A stretch of DNA of 51,725 nucleotides, taken from Octopus bimaculoides. Its lineage: Eukaryota. The DNA is taken from positions 14,213,260-14,264,984 of the forward strand of contig NC_068982.1 in NCBI RefSeq assembly GCF_001194135.2, written 5' to 3'. Under the pieces are notes generated by a model. The model worked only from the letters and a program-made list of their open reading frames with translations, had not been told where the DNA came from and ran no database searches. Below are positions 1 through 13,607 of this stretch, piece after piece; position 1 is the first letter of the stretch, and every line of letters begins with the position of its first letter. Both the position numbers and the translations under genes were made by a program.

Positions 1-870
1 TTTTGATAACATAATAGGTTAGATAGGATGATGCCTATATTACAATATTACACTAACCAATAATATGTTGCGCATGTATAGTAATATTACGATCATGAAA
101 TTAGCATTAGCGTCTCTCACTCTACCATGCGGAACCCCTAGGAACTTATTGCAGGACCCTAGGTTCCCGGGAAACCCCGGTTGAAAAACGGTTGCTACCT
201 CACTGTCTCCTAAAGGCTTGCGCTCCCTATGACATGCTCAGTGTCCCCTTAGAGGCGGTACCGTCCCCGTTGAAACCTCTGCTCTGCGTAATCGATTGGC
301 CTATTAGAAATAACAGTTTAATCAGTTTCAAATTATACTCTGCAATCTGAAAAGGAAAAGCAAAGAGGAAGGACATAACGGATGATATTGTCCTGGATAA
401 ATTATGTCTGAAAAATAAACGATGAGCTGATCATGGGTAGCACATCTTTGTTGGTATTGATGTGTTCGATTGAATCAAATAACAACAAGAGCAACAACTA
501 GTTGGAAGAAATTCTATTGTGCAACTTTCTTGCCAACGAAGAGAAACGAGTGACAGAGGTGGGAACAAACATCCATTAATTTTGTGTCTTTATGTGGAAT
601 TATTTTAATATCCAGGACGAAAATCTATAGTTCATTATCGTAAACCTACATTATAAAAAACGAAAGATTTCAATCTCTCACCATCATTTTAAAAAGTATT
701 TGAATAAGCGCTATATATATATTTTTAATATGGGTTTTCTTCCACGCAATGTCACAATTTTATACGATGATGCGTAACCGACGAAGAGAATGCTCTTTTC
801 TGTAAAACGTTAAATGTACAATTTGGTTTCGTCCCCCAAATTAAACTGAATAGTGGAATGACCTCAGCGA

Positions 871-1421
871 TACTCTCTTTTACTCTTTTACTTGCTTCAG
901 TCACTTGACTGAGGCCATGCTGGAGTATGTCCTTTAGTCGAACAAATTGACCCCAGGACTTATTCTTTGTAAGCCTAGTACTTATTCTATCGATCTTTTT
1001 GTCGAACCGCTAATTACGGGAACGTAAACACACCAGCATTGGTTGTCAAGCGATGTTGGGGAGACAAACACAGACACACAAACACATACACACACACACA
1101 CACATANNNNNNNNNNNNNNNNNNNNNNNNNNNNNNNNNNNNNNNNNNNNNNNNNNNNNNNNNNNNNNNNNNNNNNNNNNNNNNNNNNNNNNNNNNNNNN
1201 NNNNNNNNNNNNNNNNNNNNNNNNNNNNNNNNNNNNNNNNNNNNNNNNNNNNNNNNACATATATACGACGGGCTTCTTTCAGTTTCCGCCTTCCAAATCC
1301 ACTCACAAGGCTTTGGTCGGCCCGAGGCTATAATTGAAGACACTTGCCCAAGGTGCCACGCAGTGAGACTGAACCCGGAACCATGTGGTTGGTAAGCAAG
1401 CTACTTACCACACAGCCACTC
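871..1421 (-). mobile_element. tRNA-derived SINE family A (bipartite, central microsatellite), full length with an N-gap in the microsatellite
   Basis: Minus strand starts GAGTGGCTGTGTGG (box A-like), then GGTTCAGTCTC (box B-like), and ends in a (GTAAAAGA)n tail. Highly similar to copies at 31101-31505 and 50972-51222. Confidence 0.9.
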
Positions 1422-2037
1422 TTTTTTTTTTATATATATAATTCCAGTATCAAATTTAGTTTTATTTAAATAAAGATTGAATCGCAATTCAATTAGCAGA
1501 AAAGCAAAGAAAAAGAATAAAGAAAAAAGATGGGGGATAAAGTCGCAGAAGATGGGAGGGGTGGTGTGTAGGAACTGTAACTAAGACAATGGAAGTTGTC
1601 AAATGGCGGCAAACTGATCTCGTATACCAGATATAACTAAGCATTGAAACATTTTCGTTAATATCGAAATTTCTTCTTTCAAAACATGTGTGCACAAGTT
1701 ATATTCGACCTTCAAGCTATTGACGGTACAACTGTTATCAATATTTTGCCATGATAATCAATGTTAAGAATAACTTTCCTTCGTACTTCGTCGATCAATA
1801 TAAAAGAGTGAATGACGGCGAAGGCAGTGTAATATTTCACTGTGCTAAGTAACTCGATTTTTTTTTTAGTTGGGAATCATCAGAAATATGTATAACCATT
1901 TTCTTTACAAGCAGGAAGACCGCCCTCCATTTGTCTTTCTGCTTACGCGCTAAATATTTATATCTTTGATTCCTAGTTTGTGCTTTTTTTCCAGATATTT
2001 TATGTCCAAATTCCCTTTGTATTCTTTTTTGGTCTAA

Positions 2038-2260
2038 TAGTGGTTCTCAACGACTGTTTGGGGTCCCATGTAAGACTTTGTTCTTAAAATTAACACGCAA
2101 TAAACTGGTTATATTTTTACAATGCACAAAATATTTTGACAATTTTTTTATACAGTTCCTAATAATGTCTAATTATAAATATACGATAAGGTTCCTCTTA
2201 AACATCGAATGACCATGTGGGTCCACCTGAGTAAATTAGAAATCGAAGGGGGCCAAAGGC
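2038..2260 (+). mobile_element. hAT-type MITE remnant (one end only)
   Basis: Begins TAGTGGTTCTCAAC, resembling the CAGTGGTTCTCAAC terminus of Charlie-like hAT MITEs. No matching second end or TSD found. Confidence 0.35.
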
Positions 2261-2329
2261 AAAAAATAATCTAATAATATTGGCTCAGTAAATAAATTTA
2301 GGGCATAGCTACAAAAGTTTACACCCCTG

Positions 2330-3690
2330 TCCGTCGACTTTGTTTCCTCATTACTTTCTGAAAAATTGGTATTTTTAAATGAAATTTTCTGCGAATACCT
2401 TTCAGGTGGTGTAAATTAGGATTATATCAGAGTTTAATGTGGGGGGAAAATGTGAGAGAGTACTTCACGCATCTTGGCTGTATTTCTTTATGTTTTGATG
2501 GTTTAATTACAATCATGTTGATAAAAATTACTTTTGAGATCCACATGCTTCCTACTATTTCTAGCATGCTGAACGACCTCGTAGAGATTGGACTAACTTT
2601 GAATTTGTTTCAAAGCGAAATACTAAGACTGCGATAAAATAATAATAAAAAAGAAAACGTGTATTCTATTATTCTTTTCTACTCTAGGTACAATGCCAGA
2701 AATTTTGGGGGAGGGGACCAGTCGATTAGAACGACCCCAGTACGCAACTAGTATTTAATTTACCGACCTAGAAGGGATGAAAGGCAAAGTCAACCTCGGC
2801 GGAATTTGAACTCAGAGCATAAAGACAGACGTATGTATTCTATTATTAATGTTAGCATTGTACGTACCGAGGGCCAGTTTAATACCCATAAGTTTAATAC
2901 CCTTAAGCACTTAAAAGATTTGGCGCCTCCATTTATATGTAATTCAAAATATAAACAATAATAAATCATAAAATAAATTTCTATTTTCCAAAATGAAACA
3001 AAACTAACAATAAAACGGGGGAAATAATGTTTATTCTTGTATCCTTTCGCTTTATCTATATTTGAAAAGTTTTCTCCTACTTTTTTTTCATTGCAAAGTC
3101 TTTGATCAGATCCTCATTATGACACCATGAACACTTCAAATATTATTTTACCAAGTTTAAAGTGATTCCTTTCGTGCCGTATTCCTGTGATGCGTCCCCT
3201 TTCTTTGATGCCCTAAGCACATACTTATTTTGCTGTACTTAACTTTCAACAAAGATTTCTTTCAGAGAGTTTTCAGGAAAGGATGTAATTAGTCCTCGAA
3301 AGTAATATTATTTTCAGAATAAATCGAATTTATATCATCGAAACGTATGAGGAAACAAAGTCGAAATGTGTGAAATATTCCCCTTCAGTTTTTTTAAAAT
3401 ATATATATGTACATATTATTTTCCAATATAGTCGTAATCTACACCATCTAAAAGGTATTTGTAGAAAACTTCATTAAAAATACCTACTTTTCAGTAAGTT
3501 ATGATGAAACAGACTCGAGACGTTTGAATTATCCGAATATCCTCTGTTCCCGATTCCTGAAAAATGGTTTCCACAACAGATTTCGATATAGTCATAATCA
3601 GCGCAATATGAAACGCTTTTGTAGAAAACTTCATTAAAAAATATTCATCTTTCTGAAAATTACAAGAAAACAAAGTCCGATAGCGAGTAC
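2330..3690. repeat. Old unclassified repeated unit (about 150 bp), present in both orientations
   Basis: The motif TCTACACCATCTGAAAGGTATTTGTAGAAAATTTCATT...GAGGAAACAAAGTC recurs at about 2330-2430 (minus), 3345-3510 and 3615-3680 (plus), and again at 7045-7092 and 7348-7545. Confidence 0.6.
2671..2833 (-). mobile_element. SINE family B, 5'-truncated
   Basis: Contains the core GGATGAAAGGCAAAGTCAACCTCGGCGGAATTTGAACTCAG and the tail ATTCTTTTCTACTCTAGG, shared with copies at 21461-22000 and 47150-47769. Confidence 0.9.
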
Positions 3691-3942
3691 ACTTCTGTAG
3701 TTATGCCGAGTATAAACAAAGACGTTGGAATAGTCAATAATAAAAATTCTTGAAAACTAGATTTTGATAAAATATATATAAAAAAACTGGAATTTATAAG
3801 AATTTTCTTGACCGAGTAAATTTTAATAATTGTGTTCTTTTAGTAAAAGTTACATACTCTAGCTTTATTAGAACATACGTGCTGCACATTTTCTGCTGAT
3901 TGAGGGATGTTAATTCACTTAGAATTGCTGTACCAAAGTCAT

Positions 3943-4050
3943 TTTAACGGCATTTCGTCTGTCTTTACTTTCTGAGTTCAAATACCGCCGAGGTTGACTT
4001 TGCCTTTCATCCTTTCGGGGTCGATAAAACAAGTACCAGTCAAGTGCTGA
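3943..4050 (+). mobile_element. SINE family B fragment
   Basis: TTCTGAGTTCAAATACCGCCGAGGTTGACTTTGCCTTTCATCCTTTCGGGGTCGATAAA matches the family B box B and central domain. Confidence 0.85.
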
Positions 4051-5147
4051 GTTCATTGTCCCTTTAGTAGAATGGATTATTATTATTATCATGGTAACAT
4101 TCCGAGTCATTCTCCATTCTCCTGATTTTCTTTTCTCAATTACTCTCTTTGTGATGAATATTTTTTCAACGGTAATTTGCAGATACGAAGTCGTATCTCA
4201 GCAATTAAAATTACGTTTATACACTTGGTGTACCCCTAGTGGTTAGCTACCATAGGGGAAACACTCCCTTCTCGATTAAATAAATTTGAGGTGAGTTCGG
4301 AAGCTTGAAATTTAAACCAAAGAATAAAGGTGTGCAGAATATGGACACAATGCAACCTTAAAGCCCATGGAGGTTACTGTTTCGTCCCAGTTCAATTGTG
4401 ATCAAGACCAGAGCAATGGTATAGCAAGGGCTGTCGTCCCCACCCGTAAAAACCATGGGATGGAGGAGGTCAAAAGACAATTTTGAGCGGTCTCATCTTA
4501 TTTAACAATTATGATGGTTTCTTATTTAAGCACAAGGCTTGCAAATGTTTGAGAACAATGAATGAGGTTGATAACATGTAATACAAACAATAATTGAGTA
4601 TATGCATACATACGTACATGTATGTACATACCTACATCTACCTGTATATATAAATACATATCTGGGAGCAGGACGTTGCAAACAAAACATAGACAAATGA
4701 TAAACAGAGTACAGAAAACACACAGGCCACATAGAGAACATTTCCTTCATCAGCTGCCTCCATTCTAACACTGGTGTTTCGAAGAGTTAGGGCAGAGACG
4801 CATCGTTAAAATGGCTCTTCCCACGGACCACAAATTAAATTTGTACCATGGAGGTACATTTAATATTATTGATCCCCGAAAGAGTGAAAAATAAAGTTGA
4901 TTCCAATAGGATCTGAACGCAGATAATCTGGGCTCATAAAGAATCGGAAAAAATACCTTAATGCATTCTCTTTCGATTCTGCCAACTCGCCACTTTTCCG
5001 CTTCAATTGGCAACCATGATAAGAAGCAGTTTGCGCCGCTTTACAGCTCCACCTTCTGTGTCATGACCCTTGACACGCTTCTGGATTAGACTTAAGATAA
5101 TCGTCGTTCTAGACGTGAACGTCCCATCAGTTTGAGACCTGGTACTA

Positions 5148-5444
5148 CAGGGTGTCCACAAAGTCTGGGTACATGGGGATTAACACATACTTTAAGAAAT
5201 TATTATTTCTTATATTTAATTGTTTATGATATGATTTTATTTACTCCATGTACCCACATGGAGATTTACACATACTTTAAGAAATTATTATTTCTTATAT
5301 TTAACTGTTTATGATATGATTTTATTTACTCCATGTACCCACATGGGGATTAACACATACTTTAAGAAATTATTATTTCTTATATTTAATTGTTTATGTT
5401 ATGATTTTATTTACTCCATGTACCCAGACCTTGTGAACACCCTG
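5148..5444. mobile_element. Tc1/mariner-type MITE with three internal 85-bp tandem units
   Basis: 29-bp TIRs match at 27/29 (CAGGGTGTCCACAAAGTCTGGGTACATGG). TA flanks at 5146-5147 and 5445-5446. Units start at 5171, 5256 and 5341. Confidence 0.9.
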
Positions 5445-5635
5445 TATATTGTGCGATAGTAAAATGTGATATGAGGGAGAGCTAGCCAGTATTTTTACCA
5501 GGTCGAGCGACCATATTGAGGTTACCTGTTATTGATCAAGCAGACCTGTGAAGAAAAAGGCTTTCTAGCCGTGACCATTCCGTCATGAGCTTTCTAGGTA
5601 GATATTCCTCTACAGAAAGTTCCTTTTCTTTTTCT

Positions 5636-5954
5636 TTTATTCGTTTCAATCAGTAGACTGCGCCCATGCTGGGGTACTACTCTGAAGAACTTTTAGTCAA
5701 ATGAATCACTCCAAAACATTTTTTTAAGCCTGCTACTTATTTTATCAGTATGTTTTAATGAACCGCTAAGTTGCAGGGACGTAAATACATCAACAAAGGT
5801 TGTCAAGCAGAGACGGAGAACAAATACGTACACAAAGACACGGACACACGCACACACACACACCACTAGCGTAGCTAGAGTGTGTGCCGCCCGGGGCGGA
5901 CCGCCCCTACCGCCACCCACTAGCTGCACTAGCATATACATGTGTGTGTGTGTG

Positions 5955-5989
<35 letters not shown>

Positions 5990-6145
5990 ACAGGCTTCTT
6001 TCAGTTTCCGTCGACAAAATCCATTCACGTGGCTTTATTCGGCTCGAGGCTATAGCAGAAGACACCCGCCCAAGGCCCCACACAGTAGGACTGAACCCGG
6101 AACCATGTGGTTGGGAAGCAAACTTCTTACCAAAAGCCACGCCTC
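5636..6145 (-). mobile_element. SINE family A, diverged, with a GC-rich insert in its central microsatellite
   Basis: Both halves align by eye to family A. Central (CA)n/(TA)n tract is interrupted at 5864-5933. Confidence 0.85.
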
Positions 6146-7094
6146 TTGTTAAGTAAACCTCGACCGAGAAAAAACAAACAAACAAAAGATAATATGATTA
6201 AAGGTGTTGCTGCCATGGGCGAATTGTTATATATATATATATCTCGGAGATTATATAGTTTAATGTGCCACTTGACTCTTTAAGACGAAAGTCAGGCGTG
6301 ATTTGAGAGGGGGATTTACCTGCTATTTCTAGCAGCAGTACGAACGACCGCATCGTGTCTCCCTGCTTGCTAATCCTACTCCTCCTCCCCTTCCTCCTGT
6401 TGCTACTGGTAATCCTCCTCCTTACACGTGGCTGCTGGTTGCTGTTTGTTGCTGTTGCTAGGGGGTTTCCGATATAGCACTGAAAACATTTGTCACAGTG
6501 AAATAACACGAGTTTATGGTGCATGTGTATATGTGTGTGTTTAACAAGCGACACGTTTGAGTTGCAAAAATAACAAACAAACAAACAAACAAAATGAAAT
6601 GAGTTTTTGCGCGCATGTGTGTGAGTGTACGTGCATCCGTTGTCCAGGTACATTTAGGATTCTCCCATTCTCTTTTCTCTTCGTTTATACTTTCATCATT
6701 ACCGTAAAACCGAACGAATAAAATGTACTCTATTTGACATACCAACACAACTCTGCTCCCACCCGATTTTATTTTCCCATAACTTCCAGAAAAATGGATA
6801 TTTTTCAATTAAATTTTCTACAAATATGCTTCAGATGAAGCAGAATACGATTATATTTAATACGAAAAGGAAAATTAGTGAATTCGTACACATATTTGCT
6901 AACACGCATCACTATTTTTGTTTCCGAAATTTTAACTTTCATTTTGTAGGTATACGTGATGTGTGTCAGAATGTTTGTGTGCGAATCCACCAATGTTTTA
7001 TTTTATTTTATTTTATTTTCCTCTCATTAAATTCTGGTATAATTGTAATCTACACACTCTGAAAGGCATTTGTGGAAAATTTCAAAAAAAAATA

Positions 7095-7345
7095 TTGGGT
7101 TGGTGCATAATTATTGCGGCTTTTTTTTTTTTTTTTCAACAAATTTTATTCAACAAAAACAATAACAAAATTTAACAAAAAAAACATCTTTAATTGACGG
7201 TCTGACCGTCTGCCAAGCAAATGGGAAGCAGTAATTGAAGTAGATGGTGAATATACTCCGGAATAATCATTTAAAGTTGCTTTTTTTACATATTGTTATT
7301 GCTTTTGTTGAAAAAAAAAGCCGCAATAATTATGCACCAACCCAA
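7095..7345 (+). mobile_element. Internally deleted mariner (MITE) retaining the transposase C-terminus
   Basis: Perfect 26-bp TIRs TTGGGTTGGTGCATAATTATTGCGGC with TA on both sides. The interior encodes RLPSKWEAVIEVDGEYTPE*, typical of a mariner C-terminus. Inserted into the unclassified 150-bp unit repeat. Confidence 0.9.
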
Positions 7346-7715
7346 TAATTATCAATTTTTCTAAAAGTTAAGAGGAAACAAAGCTAACTTGTGTGAATTT
7401 TCCGAAACGCCTCAACCCGCCCCCGGAAAGATATTTTTCACCACAAATTCCGATTTAATAGGAATCTACACCATCTGAAGCGTATTTGTAGAAAATTTCA
7501 TTGAAAAGTAAACATTTTTCTGGAAGTTATGAGCAACAAAGTCAATGGGGAGGGCATTTCTGAAGGAATACTCTTTATTTTTCACCAAAATCAAGATTAA
7601 AATTAGTGCATAAGCGGCAAAGTACTCCACGCGCAAACACACGCAATTTAGCCCCACCCCTCAATTGAAGTCTGTATTAGATAGACAGAGAGAGAGGAAA
7701 GAGAGAGGGAGAAGC

Positions 7716-7747
<32 letters not shown>

Positions 7748-7925
7748 ATAATTCTTAATAAGTTACAGAGTATATAGCGAAAAATTCACGAATATACGTT
7801 CTCTGTATGAATGTTTTCACTAACACACAGACACACAGACACGCACACACACACACACACACGTGTGTGTGTATCTGTGTATATGTGAATTCATATATGT
7901 GTGTGTAATGTATGTATGTATGAAG

Positions 7926-7994
<69 letters not shown>

Positions 7995-9369
7995 TATATA
8001 TTTATAAACAAAAAATGTACATATGTACATTTATTCTTATATTTATTATATCATGCATCTATAGTAATGCCTCGCCATAGCACGTATTATTTAAGCTAAC
8101 GTCGATTCCTCTGTGGTGTTGTTTTGCATTTATAATAAAATGAATATATACAAATTATAAAAAGAATTTTTTAAATATCTACAGTACAGTACTGTTTCTA
8201 CTTTGTGGATTTTCACCTATCGCGGGGAGGTGGGTTGGAACGTAACACCCGGGATAGTCGAGTGATTACTGTATGTATACACACACACACACATGTATGT
8301 ATGTATGTATGCATGTATGTATGTATGTATACATGCTTTTTATTTAAATATTGTGTGAGCGCGCATGGGAGTACGTGTAAGTGAAAATGAAAGAGAGAAG
8401 TACATAGGAATATGGAATCTATAGGTAAATATGAGCGAACTGACATTGACAGACGTGTTTACATTATTTTTAAAGTGTCAATGAAGATATTTATAATATA
8501 CTAAGTGAATACAGAGGTTCATTTATTTGTTAGCTCTTTGGTTAGTTTTAGCCATCATTCAAATGCGTGTACATTTATATCGATACAATACACCTCCGTA
8601 TCAAAAACATGAGACCCGAGTTAAATGCTAATAAGTTGCCTTACGGCATGCTCACACAGGAACAGTTTGCCTGGGGCACCCCCTCATGTCTAGAGGCCCT
8701 ATATTATTTTTTACATGCTGAGGTTGTCTCTGTATAGAGACTCCAGGAGTTTATAATGTTATTCAGGCAATTTTGCTTAGAAATACTCTGGTTTCATATT
8801 CAACGTTCGTTATTATATTACAAATATATTTTTGGTGGGTGTGTAAATAATTTTTTTTTTAATAAATTCTAACCACATGTTTGTAAATGTTATTATTAAT
8901 AATTGGTGATTTCTATTCGTAAAATTAAATTTAAATTTAGATTTAAATTGAAGGTGGAGATAAAAGGAACGAGCTTTTGATCACGCCGTGTGTTGGCATT
9001 TATAAACAAATGCGTCGTGGTAAGGAGGTGGCAATATCTTTGACGAAAATGTGATTAGAATATCGAAAGAGAATAAGAAAAAAATAAAATAATGATAATA
9101 ATGAACAAGCCTGAACGAAAGGTGGGGAAGAAAACTATGAATTTATAAAAATAATAATACTAAGACATCCACCACCATCAATTCAAAATAAAAAAAAAAA
9201 GAAACGAAAATAAGGAAAGAAAGAAAGAAAGAATACACTTGGGTGAAATTCTGTTTGCGCGCACACACACAAATACACATCTAAATGAATTCATATATAC
9301 TTTTATTCTTGTCATTTGACTGCGGCCATGCTGGAGCACCGCTTTAAGAATAAAGTTACTGTCAGGAGT

Positions 9370-9417
<48 letters not shown>

Positions 9418-12400
9418 GTATATATATATAAACACAATATAGATACATTTAAACGCAAACATGCATATATACATATATTAATAATTATATATAATATTTA
9501 TATATATATTGATAATTATAAACAATAATATCCTCATATATATATATATATATATATANNNNNNNNNNNNNNNNNNNNNNNNNNNNNNNNNNNNNNNNNN
9601 NNNNNNNNNNNNNNNNNNNNNNNNNNNNNNNNNNNNNNNNNNNNNNNNNNNNNNNNNNNNNNNNNNNNNNNNNNNNNNNNNNNNNNNNNNNNNNNNNNNN
9701 NNNNNNNNNNNNNNNNNNNNNNNNNNNNNNNNNNNNNNNNNNNNNNNNNNNNNNNNNNNNNNNNNNNNNNNNNNNNNNNNNNNNNNNNNNNNNNNNNNNN
9801 NNNNNNNNNNNNNNNNNNNNNNNNNNNNNNNNNNNNNNNNNNNNNNNNNNNNNNNNNNNNNNNNNNNNNNNNNNNNNNNNNNNNNNNNNNNNNNNNNNNN
9901 NNNNNNNNNNNNNNNNNNNNNNNNNNNNNNNNNNNNNNNNNNNNNNNNNNNNNNNNNNNNNNNNNNNNNNNNNNNNNNNNNNNNNNNNNNNNNNNNNNNN
10001 NNNNNNNNNNNNNNNNNNNNNNNNNNNNNNNNNNNNNNNNNNNNNNNNNNNNNNNNNNNNNNNNNNNNNNNNNNNNNNNNNNNNNNNATATATATATATA
10101 TATGTATGTATGTATATATATATAAACTGCAATTCGTAACTAGCGTGATAATGTTTGTTTATATAGTTTCAATAAAGTCTTCGAACCTGTTTCCCTTTTG
10201 CACACACGAACTAACTCCTATAGAACACGCTCTTCGAAATCATTTCTACCATATCATTGTGGGCAATTCTGTTATTGTTATTGCGTCCAGATCAAATACA
10301 AACATTTAATTGTGGATTTATTATTAACTTCATCCCTTTTATTATACCCTATTCTTTAAAAGGTTTGGTTTTCTACTTAATTTTTTTCTTTCTTTTATTA
10401 AATAAAAACTGCATAAACTACTTTCTATTTTTGTAAATGTCTTTTCGTGTTTACGAATATAAAAGTACATTTTATTTCTGGAAACAAATATATTTGATTT
10501 GCATTTATAAATATATTTTGTTAGCATCTGTTACACGTTAACCCTTAAGAAACTAAAACACTATTTTAAATTTTTAGACAATGCAACAGTACAAGTCTTA
10601 ATGCTTACATTTATTACCGAATACACATTAATTTTACCAATTTGGAAACTAATCCAGCTATTATTCTTTATATATATGTAATTATTATATAAATACATTT
10701 AATATACCTCAGTGTTGTATTTTAAAAGTAATTTTTATGTTGTTGAAAATCTTTTTTTAATATTTGATAGACTTTGAGTATGTGATAAATTATAAAAAAA
10801 ACCTTAAGACCGTTTTTTTTTTTTTTTTGAATCATTATAGGAAAAAAAAAGAGGGAGATTTAAAAATTCACGCTTAAATGAAGAACTGTCGACGAATGTG
10901 AAAACCATTTCAGACATAGCTATCTTGCTTTTTTTTCCTTTCAGATAGAGTAAATCAAAGACAATTATTCAATGTATCTTCCTTTTTGTTTTCTTCCTTT
11001 TTAAAACGGCCAACGGTGTTATGAGGGGGATTTGGCTGCTATTTTTAGCACATTGAGCGACCACGTTTTACACATTGGTTCTGAAGTCAGTGGTCGCCTC
11101 AGGTGTTATGTGCGTATGTGTGTGTGCGTATGTGTTGTTGTTTGACTCGAGTCAATAGAGTGGGCAGACCTATTGATCATTGACATTCTATCCGTGACCA
11201 TCCCCTCTGTTAGTCCAACATAGCCTTTTTTGTTGTTTTTTCACAAGATGAGATTTGAGAGAATTTGGTCACAATAAATCGAAGAAGCTATCGTATGTGT
11301 TGTATATAGTTTGACTCCATGCCAATCCTGATCGAGGCACTCCAACCGTGACCATCCCAAATTTTTCGAATGTGTTGGGAACTCAGTACCACATTATCCA
11401 AAGTGTTTTTTTTTTCTTTTTCTTAAGACAGAGCTGTATGGTTTGAGGGAAATTTAGCAGTTATATCTAACAGGTCGACCTAACAACGTGTTGTTTGTTT
11501 TGCTTCTGGACAGAATTATTAAATAAGGAAGTACAAGTTGGCAACATTTCTTAATAATAGAAGAAACGGTTATTAAATCAACGAAAGCTCGAAATTAACA
11601 ACGTTTTTAATTTAAACTAATAATGGATATGTGCAATGTAAGGTTTAATACTGCTTAGTGTTTGTTCCCACATTCATTATTAACATTAGAAAAGGATGTT
11701 GGTTTGCAAACACGCAATCTACGTTCGAACATCGGGGAACCGCCACGTAGTCTATCAACTTGCGAGAAACACCAACTGAATCTCCAACCAAACTACACCC
11801 TGCTGTATAAATACACTTAGGTTCTGGAACGGGGGATGCAGGGGTATGGTTGCATTCCCTAAATTTCTTCTTGTTTGTGTGTGTGTGTGTAGTGGTGGTG
11901 GGGGCAATGAAACCGCTTTGAACGTCCTCCTGAAAAACTGGGTTTGCACCCTCTATGCAGTTTTGTTCCTGTACTTACGTACATACATATACAGGCGTGT
12001 GTGTGTTTAAATGTACACATTTAATGATTGATTCATTTGACAGCGTAGCGTTGGATATACATACAAAAAAATAGGTAAATTTTTACAAGTGCTTGTAAAG
12101 ATTTACGAAAAAAATATAGGATGGTCGTGACTAGAACACTTTTCACCGAAGGTTTATACGGTCGAGGTGGACTTGCGACTGAACAACTACAAACATAACA
12201 ACAATTACAACGACAACAACAAAAACAGTACTAACTTTCGAACCAACGGAAACGTCTAGAACAAACCGAGAAGCCACGAGTCATGCATTAAACAAAGTAG
12301 TTAGTCCTGGTTATACAAAAAACAAACGAGGTGGTCATCGCTGGAATTCTTCTGACCATAAGTCTGCTCGATGAAGACTTGGTCCGGTACTAAACAACAA

Positions 12401-12569
12401 CTATAACCGGGAATCGAAACGGGGGCCCTCCTGGGTCGGTATTAAGACCGGCAATTCAGCTGTAAATATATAAATCTACGCACAAGTATTATCCGTGGAG
12501 CTAACACACAGACACACACCATAATGGCAAGTCGCCTTGATATAGTCAATGCTTATTTTTCATTCTTAC

Positions 12570-12605
<36 letters not shown>

Positions 12606-13004
12606 ACTGAAAGTAATCAGTGTTTAGAACTGGGATTAATCTCTTCTCTCATCATTATTTTTATTCTCTTTTACTGTTTCCAGTTAATACTTTCACCACT
12701 TATATCCTTCTTGTTTATGTACTTTCGCATTCCTCACTTTTCCCCACTTTTTCTTATATTCTTTCTCGTAGTCATTGATATTTACATTCCATTTAATCTT
12801 GTTTGTCTCTGTTGTCTATCTGTTTTTCTTGTACTTTTCAGGCATTCCGACCACTGCATCATTCCCATTCTCTTCTCTTGGTTCTCTTTATTTATTCAAA
12901 AATTTTCATTCTCTTTTTTCTTGTATCCTTCATACTTTCGTTTTCACTTTTTCGTTCTTTGTTCTCGCGTAATATATAAACACATACGTAAACAAACAAT
13001 AATT

Positions 13005-13155
13005 CTCCGCCGAGGTCGACTTTACCTTTCATCCTTTCGGGGTCGATTAAATAAGTACCAGTTGCACACTGGGGCCGATGTAATCGACTTAATCCCTTTG
13101 TCTGTCCTTGTTTGTCCCCTTTACGTTTAACCCTCTGTGGGCAATAAAGAAATAA
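13005..13155 (+). mobile_element. SINE family B with alternative 3' tail
   Basis: Family B core followed by TAATCCCTTTGTCTGTCCTTGTTTGTCCCC...GTGGGCAATAAAGAAATAA, the same tail type as the copy at 47533-47769. Confidence 0.85.
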
Positions 13156-13414
13156 ATATTTCTCACTCATTTGCACTTCTCTCTCTTTCTCACTCACTCT
13201 TTCCTATTTTCGCCTTAACCTCACCCGTGTTTACCTTTCTCTTTTTCTCCTTGTTATGTCTTTCACATCGACTTTATTAATTTAATATTAATCTTATCTT
13301 TCTTCCCCTTTCTCCGTTTCTTTTCTCCCCTTTCTCCGTTTCTTTTCTCCTCCACCGTTTGTTTTGCTTTCGTATTCAAACTACAAGCTATTCAGTGCGC
13401 TGACACACGAACAC

Positions 13415-13478
<64 letters not shown>

Positions 13479-13543
13479 GTGTAGATGATAGATAAATAGA
13501 AAAATAAATAGATAGATAAATAGATAGATAGATAGATAGATAG

Positions 13544-13607
<64 letters not shown>

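Noticed and set aside
5171-5425. CRISPR-like array
   Set aside because: The units are contiguous tandem copies without unique spacers, the context is eukaryotic and there are no cas genes.
6198-6653. 151-aa minus-strand ORF, possible 54-nt exon at about 6428-6481, and a Pro-rich plus-strand frame
   Set aside because: Low-complexity triplet sequence that runs into repeats, with no recognisable domain and equally plausible readings on both strands.
7755-8099. YIYI, CVCV, poly-L, poly-E, poly-S and poly-N ORFs here and at 14018, 15269, 20052 and 39838
   Set aside because: They are translations of (AT)n, (GT)n and trinucleotide microsatellites.
8219-8270. GC-rich 52-nt exon-like segment (ITRLSRVLRSNPPPRDR)
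   Set aside because: The acceptor derives from a microsatellite, the segment is too short, and I recognise no homology.
12549-13130. 193-aa hydrophobic ORF
   Set aside because: It is a pyrimidine-rich low-complexity tract that continues into SINE B.
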